In this document: in pieces, positions 15,011 through 29,869 of the stretch
Numbering within the stretch: the first letter of the stretch is position 1
How the letters are laid out: every line of letters begins with the position of its first letter
Assembly: GCF_006345805.1 (NCBI RefSeq)
Contig: NC_043018.1
Span: 18,786,001 to 18,850,000 of the forward strand
DNA length: 64,000 nucleotides
DNA from: Octopus sinensis
Lineage: Eukaryota
Reading direction: 5' to 3'
Translations under genes and position numbers: made by a program
Notes under the pieces: model-generated
Told to the model about the DNA's origin: nothing
The model's database searches: none
The model's input: only the letters and a program-made list of their open reading frames with translations

Positions 15011-15562
15011 GAGAAAATTCACCTTTGCTCAGCATTAATGAGCAATTAACATTTAAACAAGGGAGTGTTTTAAAATAACAGGCTACAAGTGATTATCCAG
15101 TAAAAACTTGAATTGAAGACTGTTCGGGTCTAAATAAATGAACAACTCTACATCATACAATGCAGAGTTGATAAGATGAAAATTTTTAAACAATAAAATC
15201 AAGGGATATTAAAGTGAAAGACCCTGAAGAAACTGCACCAGTATTATAGTCAGGTTGTAATTTCAACTGACACTAACTGATGTTATAGAAACATTTGTAG
15301 GTCTATTTGAAGCTGAATAACAAGGAATGAAAGGTAATAATCCTTTTTATTATCATTGATGTGCGTGTGTTTGTGTGTGTGTGTGCTGGTCCATGGAAAA
15401 AGCACCCATGCCCACTCAATGAAGTGGTTGGCATTAGGAAGGGTATCCAAATGCAGAGACCAAGCCAAATCAGAGTGGAAACCTAGTCCAGCTTCCCAGC
15501 TCTGGTCACACCATCCAACCCATGCCAGCATGGCAAATGGACATTAAATGATGATGACAATG

Positions 15563-15593
<31 letters not shown>

Positions 15594-15835
15594 TGCATAC
15601 ATACACAAACACATACATACACACACACATATGTATACGCACACATACATATAGGTATATGAACTTATTAATACTTTGTCAGTTGAAATTATCGTTGTGC
15701 CAAGTTCTAAACAAATTAATATAACATTCTATATTTGCACAATGTATTGAGTACTAAATGTGAAAGTTCACTCTGAACCAAATTTAATTATGATACAACA
15801 TATATATATATATATATATCAGCATGTATAAAGTG

Positions 15836-15879
<44 letters not shown>

Positions 15880-16035
15880 CATAGAGAGAATTATTGTGAC
15901 TTTGAAGTTTCACCAAAACCAGCTCATCAAACAATGAAGGTGTGTCAGAAATATAGAAGTGTGTGTGTATATACACTTAGAGATACACCCACATATATAT
16001 TAGGTGTATTCATGTATTTAAGTATATATATCTAC

Positions 16036-16082
<47 letters not shown>

Positions 16083-16420
16083 AACAAACAAATAAACGAA
16101 CGTACGTACATACATACATAGATACATACATACATACGTACATATGGACATATATACTGAAACCTCAAGGGTAGCAGTTCATAGATATGCCATGCTATTA
16201 TTATCTTGCCTGTTATTTCAACTCAATATTCTATTTATGTTTGAAATTAATTACTTGGAACACATAAATAATGATATATTACGGCATATACTACATTTCT
16301 AGCTTTACACACACACACACACACACAACTGTGTGTTTATACATATAAAAGTATATTTAAAATGCAGTCACAGAGCTTTGACAAAATTCTCATACAATTT
16401 AGTACATACATATGTATATA

Positions 16421-16504
<84 letters not shown>

Positions 16505-19329
16505 TATATATGTATATGTATATCTATATATATATATATATATGTATGTATATATATGTGTGTGTGTGTGTATGTGTGTACATATATATGTGTGTGTGTG
16601 TGTATGTATATATATGTATGTATGTATATATATATGTGTGTGTGTATATATATGTATATATGTGTGTATATATATGTGTGTGTGTGTGTGTATATATAAA
16701 TATATATACACATACATACATACATATTTATACATACACACACTCACACACACACACACACACACACATACACACACACAAACACACACACACACATACA
16801 CACACACACACATATATATAGAGAGAGAGAGGGGGAGAGAAAGTAAGAGGTGTATTACTATGACATCTTTATTTATTTAGCGCTTTTCCTCTTTGATAAA
16901 TTCTTCATATGTCTCTCGTACTGAAGTCTTAAAACGGAGGCGTTGGACGGACAGACATGGAACGCAAGATTACAAGATGGGAACCAACTTATCCTAAATA
17001 CATTATAATCCTCCAAGAACATCAAAACTATATTTTTAACTCTCATAATTTGCATTTTGCTCCTGTTTTTGTTTTTGTTTTGGGTTTTTTTTTCTTTTTT
17101 GGTTTTTCTTTTTCATTTGTTTCGTGTGTTTCAAATACATCAAAACAGACATTTAATTATAGATAAGAATAAAACAGGAATTCACCAATAAGAATAGAGA
17201 GGGGTAGGTTGTTAAAACGTGAAGTTGGTGCAAGCTTCCAATGCCAAAGCGAACCGTTTAGGAATGTTACTGGAATATTACTTATTAACATTTCTCAAAA
17301 GAAATGTATTCTGAGTTTGAAATTTGCAAACTATAAACCGCAACTATTTTTGCGTTAACATAGAAGATAAGAACAATAGACTAGCAATCTCTGACACTGT
17401 TGCTAAAATATCTTGTGTCGCTTATATTTTAGCAAGTAGCATAGCATAATCTTGTCTAGATACAAAAGAAATGCGATCAGTTACTGCAAGAACAGAAAAT
17501 TAACAAGGAAACTTACATCATTGTTCTTCTGATGAATCACAACTTTTACTGAATCTTTCAAAAGATTAAAAACGTTTCATGTCTGGTTGTATAGAAAGTT
17601 AAAAAGAGCTATTAAGATGCAAAATACTTAAGTACATTCTAGTACCGAACAACCTTGGTAGAAAGCAATTTACATGAAAATCAAAAGTAAGCTGTCCTTT
17701 ATCAAGTTCTTGCAAAACATAAGCTCTTGCAAACAAATAACCATCAGAGACATGTAAAATGTCCAAAGATATTACAAAGACTAAAAACAACTTTTTTTTA
17801 AAGTACCAGATATAGAAAGCACATTCTGTTTCAAGTTTGATATTCTATATAGAGCGTGTGTTCAATCAAGCTGACACATTTTACAGAAACCTCTTCAAAT
17901 TCACATTCATAACTTGTCTTAATTATTTTCTCAACCTCTTCAAATTCTCATTCATAACTTGTCTTAATTATTTTCACAACATAACGAAATAAACGAGGTT
18001 ACCTTGGAGTGGAAGATTAATTCAATCTTGCTCCTCTATCAACCTTGTCATCAATCTGTTTCTTGTTGTGTTGGGCCCCTAGGGATCTATTACTCCCCAA
18101 TATTCGATCGGTAGCCTGCATGTCTTAGATACACTCGAGGAAAAGCAGAATAGCTGCAGAGTTACTAACTCAAAGTATTTGAGTTCAAATCCACTTCACG
18201 TGTTTTCTTGTAGTTTTAGGTGCTGCACAGTATGTCAAATATCTATTTGGGTAACGATAAGAAACTGCAAAACCACACACTGCATCATACATTCTAACGA
18301 GACATTATTCCAAAGTCAGGAACCATACAGGGGAAAAACAACTCCTTTCGTTACAAGGTTAACTTCTTGTTGTCAAGACAGAGAAAAGCCTTGGTTTCTG
18401 AAATTTTTTCATAATCAGCTACAAAATAAAAACACTAAAAAATTCCAAATTCTCATGCAACTCTATATTTTAGAAATAAGAAAAAATCCTTGGAAAAACA
18501 TGATGTTTAGGAATTAATTCTATGACCTTATTTCATCTTAAATTAGATACTAAATACCCAAGTAATGTTGTGTGTAGGACAGCTTGGTGTCCTTTCCGGG
18601 AGGAATTATCTTCTTAGCTAGTTCATACCAAACCACAGGAATTGTGGTTCCAACAAGGAACCCACAAATCTCTGGGGACCCTCAAAGGTAAATAATAAGG
18701 TCCATGAATTGAGTTCAAATTCTAAAAGACTGCAGTATAATCATTGTTATCACCATCCTTTTAACATCCACTTTTCCATGCCTGCATAGGTCTGATGAAA
18801 TTCCCTGAGGCAGATTCTCTGCTGCCCTTCTTGGTGCCAACCTGTATCTGTTTCCAAGTAACTTAATATTACCCTTCAACTAGACATGTTTTTTCGTGGA
18901 AGATTTGAAAAAAATACACGGCTTGTATGGTGGTGACACTTGTTTACAACAATCATGGACAAGGATTCACAGACACTCACATGTGTGCACACACACACAA
19001 ACATGTATATTCACACAGGCTTCTTTCGGTTTCTGTCAATCAAATCCACTCTCAAGGCTTTGGTCAGCCCAGGGTTATAGTAGAAAATGCTTGCCCAAGG
19101 TGCCACACGCAGTGGGATTGATCCCAAAACTTCATGGCTGGGAAACAAACTACTTCACCACACAGCCACACCTACAGCCAGCTGAGAGATTTAATTTGTG
19201 TAACGAGTTTGATGAGATGTACAAAAATCAGTCTAGAAGAGTATAAACTCCTGATAGGAAAGGATTTGGATCATAACAACCTGTCCAACCCATGACAGCA
19301 AGGAAAGCTGGAGTAAAAATACGCACGAC

Positions 19330-19355
19330 GGTGATGATGATGATGATGGTGGTGG

Positions 19356-19389
<34 letters not shown>

Positions 19390-19481
19390 TGATGATGATG
19401 ATGATGATGATGGCGGTGGTGGTGGTGATGATGATGTTGATGATGATGATGATGATGATGATGATGAGGCGGTGGTGGTGG

Positions 19482-19525
<44 letters not shown>

Positions 19526-19660
19526 GCGGTGGTGGTGGTGATGATGATGTTGATGATGTTGATGATGATGATGATGATGATGGCGGTGGTGGTGGTGATG
19601 ATGATGGTGATGGTGGTGATGATGGTGGTGATTATGATGAAGGCAATAATAAAGATGATA

Positions 19661-19696
<36 letters not shown>

Positions 19697-19709
19697 GCGG
19701 TGGTGGTGG

Positions 19710-19755
<46 letters not shown>

Positions 19756-19976
19756 AATGATGATGATGATGATGATGATAATACAAATGAAAAATAAAGA
19801 ACAATGCTCTGTAAAATTCTGGATGCAGCTCTCAGACCTTCAGCTTCTTCAACCCTTAATTAACTATCTTAATTAAACCCATAAAGTAAGTGTGAAAATT
19901 TGTGAAACATTATCATGCAGATTGAATTGGACTGTCATTATAATTAATAATGATGACGATGATGATAACAACAACA

Positions 19977-20012
<36 letters not shown>

Positions 20013-20067
20013 GTGATGATGGTGATTGTGATGATGATGGTGATGATGATGATGATGATGACGATTG

Positions 20068-20099
<32 letters not shown>

Positions 20100-20200
20100 G
20101 TGATGATGGTGATGATGGTGATTGTGATGATGATGGTGATGGTGATGATGATGATGATGATGACGATTGTGATGATGATGATGATGATGATGATGATGAC
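19330..20200. repeat. Compound (GAT)n/(GGT)n trinucleotide tracts (19330-19780 and 19950-20200)
   Basis: Directly visible; explains the poly-His, poly-Met, poly-Asp and poly-Ser ORFs. Confidence 0.95.
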
Positions 20201-20543
20201 TGTAGAAGTGAAACCCTTGAAATTCTCAACCTCAACAAAACTGCAGAGAACATCCAATCAGTCACAGTATACCCACCATCAACAGCATTTAATATTAGTG
20301 AAATGTAATTATCAGTTTCGATCTAATTAATATGCGTGAAGAGAATAACATCTGCCACATGGTCACCACCACCATCATCATCATCATCATCATCATCACT
20401 GTAGCTACTGCAAAAATTATTAATTTTATGTTACAACTAATTATTGTCAACCTTATCCAGGAACTGAGCTGTAGTTCTTATTCCAACTGTCATACTACAA
20501 TCACTACTGTTACCAATACTAACACTACATATTATTATTATTA

Positions 20544-20602
<59 letters not shown>

Positions 20603-21926
20603 GTAAGGTGACGAGCTGGCAGGATTGTTAGCACGCCGGGCGAAATGCTTAGCCGTATTTCGTCTGCTGTTACGTTTTGAGTTCCAATTCCACCGAGGTC
20701 AACTTTGCCTTTCTTCATTTCGGGGTTGATAAAATAAGTACCAGTTACGCACTGGGGTCGATGTTATCGGCTTAATCCCTTCCCCCAAATTTGAGGCCTT
20801 GAGCTTCCAGTAGAAAGGATTATTATTATTATTATCATTATTAATATTATTATGATTATTATTATTATTATTATTAGTATTAGTATTATTATTATTATTA
20901 TTATATTATTATTATTATTATTATTAAAGCAGTGAAGCTGGCAGAATCCTTAGCATACTGGACAAAATGCTTAGAAGCCTTATGTTTTGAGTTCAAATGC
21001 CACCAAGGTCAACTTTGCTTTTAATTTTCTGGGGGTTGATAAAATAAGTACCAGTTGAGTACTGGGGTCAATGTAATCAAATTACCCCTCAATTAAAATT
21101 TCATGCTTTATGCCTTTAGTAGAAAGAATTATTAGGGCAGTGAGCAGGCAGAAATGTTAGCATGCCGGGCAAAATGCTTTGGACATGAAGGTGGTCTTCT
21201 AAAAAAAAATATATATATATATCATCATTATCATCATCATCATCGTTTAATATCTGCTTTCCATGATGGCATGGGTTGAATGGTTTGTTTGTTTGAGGAC
21301 TGTCGAGCCAAAGGCTGCAACAGGCTCCAATCTGATCTGGCAAAGTTTCCACAGCTGGATGCCCTTCCTAATGCCAACCACTCTGAGAGTGTAGTAGGAG
21401 CTTTTACATGCCACTGGCATGAGGGCCAGTCAGGCAGTACTGGCAACGACCATGCTCAAAAGGTGTTTTTGTACGTGCCACCTGCATGGGAGCCAGTCCG
21501 GTGGCACTGGCAACAACTTCACACAAATGTTGCTTTTCGCGTGCCACCGGCACATGTGCCAGTAATGTGAAGCTGGCAACGATCAGGCTCGAATGGTGCT
21601 TTTTACATGCCACCGGCACAGGAGCCAGTAGGCAACCCTGGCAATGATCACGCCCAGATGGTGCTTTTAACATTCCACTGGTACGTGTGTCAATCAGGTG
21701 GTAGCGTCACTGGCCACATCAGCGATTTTGATATATATATATATATATAATGATACAGTTGAGGGATTGCTTTGGTCCAATGGTAAAATAATTATGTCAA
21801 CAAGAAACGTGAGTTTGAGTCCCATGGGCAGCCTTCAACATTTTCTATCCAAAAGGATTTTTCAAGCCAATATTTACATGTAATCAATAGCTTTATGTGC
21901 TTCAAGATCCACCACTCCAGAAAAAC

Positions 21927-21965
<39 letters not shown>

Positions 21966-22051
21966 TATAAATATGTTTGTATACATGAGGTTATATGAGA
22001 GAGGTTGAATTGCAAAAAGCACAAGAAAACCAGACTTGCATGATACGCACA

Positions 22052-22950
22052 ATTCCTATGATGCTATAAAGACACTCTACGGCCCTGGAACTTGTTTCAT
22101 AGCACCATTCCCATCATCAGGTGGCCAATACAGAAAGATTAGTCAACAACAGCAAAACACAGAGCATTTAACCAATTCCTAAACCAATGGATTAAGCAGT
22201 CATGAAGGAATTTTGTAAGAAAATGTCCATCATCTACCACCTTGATGATCGACCAGCTTTGGCTGAAGTTAGCACTGCTATGGCAATGTTAAAAAAGAAA
22301 AACTCTTAGATCTGATGACATTTCTTTCGAGATCTTGATTGAAGATGGTTATCTTGGCACATGAGTACCCCCCATCCACCACTGATATGTCAGAGAAGCA
22401 CAAGAGTAACCCCACCCCTAATGCTATGTCAGAAAAACATGAAGCTGTGAACAAATTCCTCAACTTTGGAAGAATGGTAACGTGAAGCATACTGAGCCAA
22501 CACATTATGATTCTTGAGGGCTGACATCGAAATGTTTCCATAATATTCTTTAAATCACCTGGAAAGGTATCACTATGCATCCAGATGCACGCATGCATGC
22601 ACATACATGCACACGCACACACACACGTCCTCTGTTGAACCAACAGCAGTGTAAGTGGGTGAAGTGATACAAGATAGTTGACATATATTGTGAATGTCTG
22701 ATCTACGTTCTCCTAGCAGGATAGCCTATGAGCTGCTGCAGCATGGCCAATATTTGGTTGGAAGCTCAAACAAACAAGTTCAAGTACCAGCCGAAGACCA
22801 TTTTACAGAGGAGCAAAATCAAGCCTTCAGAAACGGAACACATTGCTGTTCCCTTTTTATGTTGGAAGTCTCATTGTCGGACAGGACAGACGAAACACAC
22901 AGAATGGTACAAAGAGAGAGAAGTGAGAGAGGCATGGAGAGTAATAACTG
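22052..22950 (+). mobile_element. Heavily decayed, internally deleted RTE-clade LINE
   Basis: Remnant peptides SYDAIKTLYGP, LDDRPALAEVSTAM, SDDISFEILIEDG, EAVNKFLNFG, SKCFHNIL*ITWK and PSRIAYELLQHG...FKYQPK occur in RTE ORF order. Confidence 0.7.
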
Positions 22951-23437
22951 GCTTTGTTAATTAAATATATACATATGTCCTGTCAGAGATAGGGGCTGTT
23001 TGACAAGGATTGGGATCCAAAATGATCAAAGAATCCATAAATGAAGATCTCTATTAATGGATTAAATGGACAATTATAAGTAAGCATACACACACACAGC
23101 TATATATACACAAGAAATGCAAAATCCTCACATCTCATATTTTACTTTTCCTACTAATTGATGGCATGTCTCAGTAATACCAGTAATTATTGAGAGAAGA
23201 CAAAGAGAAATGTTTGCTTTTTTTAAATATTTTTCTTTATATTGTTTAGAGAGACGGAGGCAGGATTTTAGTGTTATGTTGTTTTTATTTTCTCCGAGTG
23301 TGTGCATGTGTGTATATATATATATATATATTAATTTTTAAAGTTTGGTTTTTTTCATTCACATCACTTTGTCTAATTTATATCTGAGGAATGTTCCAGA
23401 TACTTGCTGATTTTACAAAATTAAACCTATAGATATC

Positions 23438-23485
<48 letters not shown>

Positions 23486-24611
23486 GGCCAACTTCTGGCT
23501 GAAGGTGTTGTGAATTTAAAATCTATTGCAGATATTGTCATCATTGTTGTTTTCTCCCTAATTCTACATTATTACCGCTTACCAATCTATGTGTATTGAA
23601 TGTGTAGCAGGTTGTTGTGTTAAAGTTACCTGTGATAGCTACACCATTCTTCTAATCTGAAGGTTAGGATACTTTTGTCTCTCATCTGTTTAATAATAAT
23701 GAAGAGCTTAACATTAAGTCCAGTCTTCGAGATCTTGTAATTGAAACAAATTCTGTGTATTTCAAAAGAAATAGGATAACGAAGGGGAAAATAAATCCAT
23801 CCTATCATCAACATTTAGATCAGGGAAACTTTCCTTCGTTTAAACTTGGACTCCTTAAAAAACAGACAAGGGTGCCACGTCGGGGATCGAATATGAAAAT
23901 AAAAATCCTTGCTGTTGTTTATTGACCAAAATGAGTTCCATAAACCTACAGAATCTTAAAAGGCACCAATGAAGATTTCCATTTCATCTGCAAAGTAGTT
24001 CTTGGAACAGCAGTTCTATAGCAAAAATTTAACTCGCTACGAAACTCTTTTATGGAACTGATTCTGACCAATTTGACCGTGTTATTGCTGCTAATTCCAA
24101 TGGACTTTATCCCTATGTCATGTTGGATGGTCTGGGCCATGAGATGGACACAGCACAATGTTAATGACCATATAAGGAGTGCTGGCCATTCAGATGGTAA
24201 ATAACCAAACACACCAATCAACATGACTATATGTGACTGTTTGTTAATGACTGATGGCAAATGTATAATCAATCATGAAAACTAATGAAATATCAGGTTT
24301 GAAAATATTTAATTAATATTATAATTAATATTGTAATTACTAACCGTAAAACAAAGATGAGAGAAGAAGAATTGTTGGGATTTTTTTTGTTGTTGTTTTG
24401 TTCTGGTTTTTTGTTTTGTTTTGTTTTTTTTTCTACCACGAAACTCCACTCACAGAGAAATTATTAAAACAACCAAAAATAGTCCAGATCCAAAAACAGT
24501 TCTAACCAATTCTGTAGAATTTCACACAAAGTTTATACTACGATAAATGTTCATTTTTTCTTGTTATAATTGTTGTTGTTGCTGTTGTTATTGTTGCTTT
24601 TTGTTTCGTAG

Positions 24612-24734
24612 ACACGGTCAGCTATGATGGAGGTAGTTGATCAAATGGTCAGTGAGGAGGGGCAGCCTGTAGGGGTTGCTACGTCATTACACTCCTACAG
24701 TCATGTGACCCAACACTCAGCTCTGCATGAGAGA
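24612..24734 (+). other. Candidate exon or regulatory island of unknown identity
   Basis: Pyrimidine-rich acceptor ...tttttgtttcgtAG and donor AGA|GTGAGT; 123 nt open only in phase 0 (TRSAMMEVVDQMVSEEGQPVGVATSLHSYSHVTQHSALHER). No recognisable homology. Confidence 0.25.
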
Positions 24735-25065
24735 GTGAGTGTGAGTCGAAGCCATCACTAAAAATGATTGGTCTTTTCCCTTGGTTATTTTTTTTGTATT
24801 TTTTTTTTTTGGTTTGTTTTATTTTGTTTCAGATGTTCTTACTCTCCTCCCACCCACCTCAACTGAAAAAAAATCTTCATCCTTAAAAATTTAACTTTTT
24901 CATATTTTGATAAAAAAAAATGTTTGTTATATTTTTTTTTCTTTTTTTAATCCAGTTGATCCCAATTTCATTAAGGGAACAACTGGAGATAAAAGAGTTC
25001 ATTTATCAGGAGCAAATCCAAAGATCCAATCTTCAGTGACATTATGGTGCTAATAATAATAATAG

Positions 25066-25126
<61 letters not shown>

Positions 25127-26442
25127 TTAATAATAATAATAATAATGAGGATGTAACAAACTACAAAAGGGTGAAATAGTTGGAAACAAGCTATAAATAT
25201 ATAAACCAATATATACATATGCAGAGAACTAAATTATTAGTCTCATACCACTGGTTTCATATAGTCTTGCATTTTATAATGGTGCTCTGAAATAATCCCA
25301 TTATTACAATTAAAGTATAAATAATAGCAGTTATAGGTTGTCTAATTCCTGCAGATATTAGTATATCAGGACAAATGAAGAATTACTCTTCATGTTATCA
25401 GTTATAAGTGGTATATGGAAGAAATAAATTTCGTCTGGACACACACAAACACAATGAAATCCGCCAAAGAGCTATAACTAGTAGTAGTATCAGTATTAGT
25501 AGTAATAATGACAATAATCATAATAATAATAATAATAATAACAATAATAATAACCACAACAATGGTAGCCAGAAAAGCAAAATGCCTTATACCACGCTGA
25601 TGCATTTGAACTTTTGCCCTTAATCAGGGTGTAATGCTCACAACATTTTTACCATTGTTTTTTTTATTCTCTTGTTGTCCTTATTTGGTCACACTTCCAG
25701 AATCTGTAACCAAATACAACAGATGCTTAATAAAAAAGGGGTCAAAACAACATGGTTATAACAAGCAAAATGATGACATTGGTTGCAGTATATCGGTCAG
25801 TAACAAGGATAATTACTGATGAAGGGTAGAAAGTACAATGGCTGAAATATTGTGGCTAAAACAACCAAGAGAAGGACACTACTTTGAATATATCAGAGTA
25901 TAATCTTTGTAATATAAAAAATATATGTTGTGTCTATATATAACATAGAGCTTATGATATAATTCCTGAGGAAAGCCAGAGGGTATAATAAGATGAATGC
26001 AGTGACTGCAATAACCAAGACAAGCAGACTAGACTAAATATATCAGGGTAAAATAACAATAATTTCTCTTCTCGGAAATTTAAGCAAAATTTGCAAAATG
26101 CCTTCTTGTCAGAATATCACAAATGACAAATTATGGGCAAAAAAAACAGAGAACCACTAAGATAGGGTTTTGTGAAGATTGTTATGGTTTTTATGAAAGA
26201 TTTCCAGAGACAATTTTAATTCATTTTTTTTTTTTCGTATTTATTTACAGAAGATTTTAGAAGATTAATCTAAAAAAATTTTTTTTTTTAAATTATATTA
26301 TATCTTTTTTTTTTTTACTCACCAAAAGTCTGCAGGGGGTACCAAATTGATATGAATATCAAAATTATAGACAAATTGATCAATAAAGGAATTCTATCTT
26401 ATATATATATACTTAACATATATATGTATATATATATATATG

Positions 26443-26475
<33 letters not shown>

Positions 26476-27215
26476 CTTAAACATATATGTATATATAATA
26501 TATATATATTATATATATATATATACTTAAACATATATGTATATATATATATATATATATATCTATATACACAAGTACACACACATATTCATATATACAT
26601 ACATATAAACAGATATATATACATATATAGACAGACAGATAGATAGATGGATGGATAGATAGATACATGCATATATAGGTATATGTGCATATAAATATAT
26701 ATACATATATATATATATATACACACACACATATACATATATATATACACATACGTGTGTGTGTGTGTGTGTATGTGTGTGTGTGTGCATATGCTGCATC
26801 AGATAGTTATGATGGATGAATGTAGGGATGGGGAGGGATGAGAAAAAAATTACCCATAATTCATAGCATGTATGTTTATACACATTTATTGGTTTGCTTT
26901 TGGTGTTCATTTAGAGTAGAGATGCCGCCACTTGGGGATTCCGGTAAAAATGAAGATATTAGCAAATTTCGCTTCAAAGCATTAAACGGAATCTTTTTCT
27001 GTGTTTACTTTTAATAAATCATTTCTCTCCCAAATAAATATATACACTCATTTCTATGCACCCACATTTTTCTTCCCTTAAAGTACACATTAGGGTTACT
27101 TTTCAATTTACAAAATACACATATAAAGACAGACAAAAGAAACATTCACACACATGCACACACATATATGTATACACACATATATTTATATGCACACATA
27201 CAAATATATATATAT

Positions 27216-27252
<37 letters not shown>

Positions 27253-27406
27253 CATATATATACATATATATATTGCATATATATACATATATATATATAT
27301 ATTGCATATATATACATATATATATATATATATTGCATATATATATATAAGTGTATACACAGACAGCTACATATAGAAATACATGAAAATAGAACTGTGT
27401 GTACAT

Positions 27407-27438
<32 letters not shown>

Positions 27439-27806
27439 CACACACATATATTTATGTATATACAAATATATATATATTTATGTGTGTGTGTGTATATATA
27501 TATATATATACGCATACATAAATATATACATGCTTATTATTTCAGATGTGTGTGTGTGTGTGAATGTATATAGGTTTAGATATTCATGGTTGTGAAGCCA
27601 AGCAGCAGACCAATATTCAAGGAAGTACTCAATACGAACTATTACAGAGCTGATGTATTTACTTAGAGTTGACCTGGCGCAGCAGTCTTCTGGTTTGAGT
27701 AGCCATTTTGGCTCATCTCATTTTTACAAATGTAGATGAGCAGTTATAGCAGAAGAGCTTTCTCTCAACTCAACTTTCAATAAATATATACACAGACAGA
27801 CAAATG

Positions 27807-27849
<43 letters not shown>

Positions 27850-28716
27850 GGTTATACACACACACATACATACATGCTGATACGCAAAACTGTAAGGTGA
27901 AGAAGTATTTATTTACCTAACTTATGTTTTTTTTTTTTTAAACTAGAAAGACCATTTACAGAAATTGTTCCCAGAAAATTCTTCCAAAAATAACTGTCCT
28001 GAAATATGCTCCTGAAAAAACTTTTCTGAAATCATTTTGTGAAAAAACGAAGACTTGTTCTGAATATTTTGTCTTTATTTTTATTATTGTTTTTCTTTTT
28101 CTTTTTTACTAAACTGTACATGTATGTGTGTGTGTGCATATTTTTTTTTTTTCCAAATTTTTTTCAAAATTGAATAAAATTCTGTTCTAAAATATTTCTC
28201 TTTATTTCTCTCTCTCTCTCTCTCTTTCTCACTCTCTCCCCCTCTCTCTTTCTTTGTCTTTCATTCAATTAGTCTTTGCTTTGAAATTTGTAATATTCAA
28301 TTTCTGCTTTCATTGCTTTCCAGGTTTTATTCCAGAAAAACCAAAATTCTTTCATCCAATTTAGACCTGGTTCCAAAGATACCTTTTGTGTCTTATTTTT
28401 GCCATTTACTTCTTGTGCAAAAATCAAAATTCAAAGAATTAAAAAAGCACAAATGCTACCATGTTTCAAAGACATGAAAAATATTTGGCATTATTTACCA
28501 TTAAGTACATTAAAGAAATCCAGGCTTTAGCTATTGACATGTTAGCACAATTATTTGTTGAATTCTTTGTGTGTTTAATATATGACATAGACATGTGTAT
28601 ATATGTTTGACTATATAGCTTTCTATATACATATGTGTGCATGTATAAATGCACATGTATAAGTGTGTGTATGTATATATGTGCATATAGGTATTTCAAT
28701 ACATATATATATGTAT

Positions 28717-29221
28717 ACTAGCAGTATCGACCGGTGTTGCTCGGGTTTGTAAGGAAAATAACTATATAAGCATTTTTAGAGAGTTATAGCCAAAAATAGC
28801 AAAAACAATGCATTAAAAATGGAAATAAAATGATGGTAAATTTTTTTAATAAATCGTTGACTCATCGTAGACATTTTTAGAAAGTTACTTCCCTTATATA
28901 ATAGCGAAAAAATGCATTAAAAATGGGAAAAATTGATGGTAAATTTTTTTAATAAATCGTTGACTCATCGTAGACATTTTTAGAAAGTTACTTCCCTTAT
29001 ATAATAGCGAAAAAATGCATTAAAAATGGGAAAAATTGATGGTAAATTTTTTTTTAAATCATTGAATCATTGTAGATGTGCGCTAATACCCAGAAGGGCT
29101 CGATATGAATCACGACTATAAGATACCCGGTTTTGGTTAAACTGCACCGCAAAATGTGGGAGTAATTAGGAATCTAAATCGTAGGAGACAGACACAAAAC
29201 TTCACTTTTATATATAAAGAT
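28717..29221 (+). mobile_element. Non-autonomous Helitron-like (Lep1/HINE-like) element with an internal 103-bp tandem repeat
   Basis: 5' actagcagtatcgaccggtgttgctcgggtttgt and 3' cagacacaaaacttcacttttatatataaagat. Internal repeat units start at 28848 and 28951. Confidence 0.55.
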
Positions 29222-29837
29222 GAATAAATAATCCAACATTATAATATCCATAAGTTGATGAACAAACTAAATTTATTTCTCCATTTTCTTATTTGTATTA
29301 CAAATTTACAGTAAAAATATTTACCTTCACCTGTTTCATACAATAAATGAATTAATTGCATTGCAATTAAAAATATTTATGTATTAAGAATCTGGGTACT
29401 TTACCAACAGTATATTGGATAAATGATATCCCATAGTGGGTTACACCCATAACCCCTATCTTACTTTGTACTATATATATACATACATGTTCACCCACAC
29501 ACACACACACACTTCCCACCTGGCTGATTGTGGGTTCAGTCCCACTGCATGCAATCTTGGACAGGTGTCTGCTACTACAACCCCTGGTCAACAGAAACTT
29601 TATGACTGACCAGATTTGGTAAATGGAAATGAAATGAAGACTGCTGTACATATATATACATGTGTATGTGTGTGCATATGCGTGCATGTATGTGCATGTG
29701 TAATATGAAATATGCAAAACACTACGCATATATTATGTATTCATTGCTACAACTGAAAGCAGTCCACTTCTAATGGAGCAATTCCAATGGAGATGATACA
29801 ACACACACACACACACTCTCTCTCTCTCTCTCTCGAA

Positions 29838-29869
<32 letters not shown>

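Noticed and set aside
16873-17055. Short minus-strand ORF and alternative frame KTSVRETYEEFIKEEKR
   Set aside because: It may be an old DNA-transposon remnant, but I could not assign a family or find termini.
17599-17790. ORF containing LTFDFHVNC, reminiscent of the SAC-domain FDFH motif
   Set aside because: The flanking residues do not match INPP5F (no REK..GDAY before, no RGM.FENV after) and no convincing splice sites frame it.
25701-25760. Plus-strand acceptor followed by ICNQIQQMLNKKGVKTTWL-stop
   Set aside because: No homology is recognisable, and it abuts decayed Penelope-type hammerhead remnants, so it is more likely transposon debris.
28328-28535. Strong plus-strand acceptor followed by GFIPEKPKFFHPI-stop or a 68-codon open frame
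   Set aside because: There is no donor, no homology and low-complexity AT-rich composition, so it cannot be supported.
29327-29332. Possible 6-nt minus-strand microexon GTGAAG that would extend LEKG to LEKGE
   Set aside because: The acceptor is purine-rich (tgtatgaaacag) and a 6-nt match is expected by chance.
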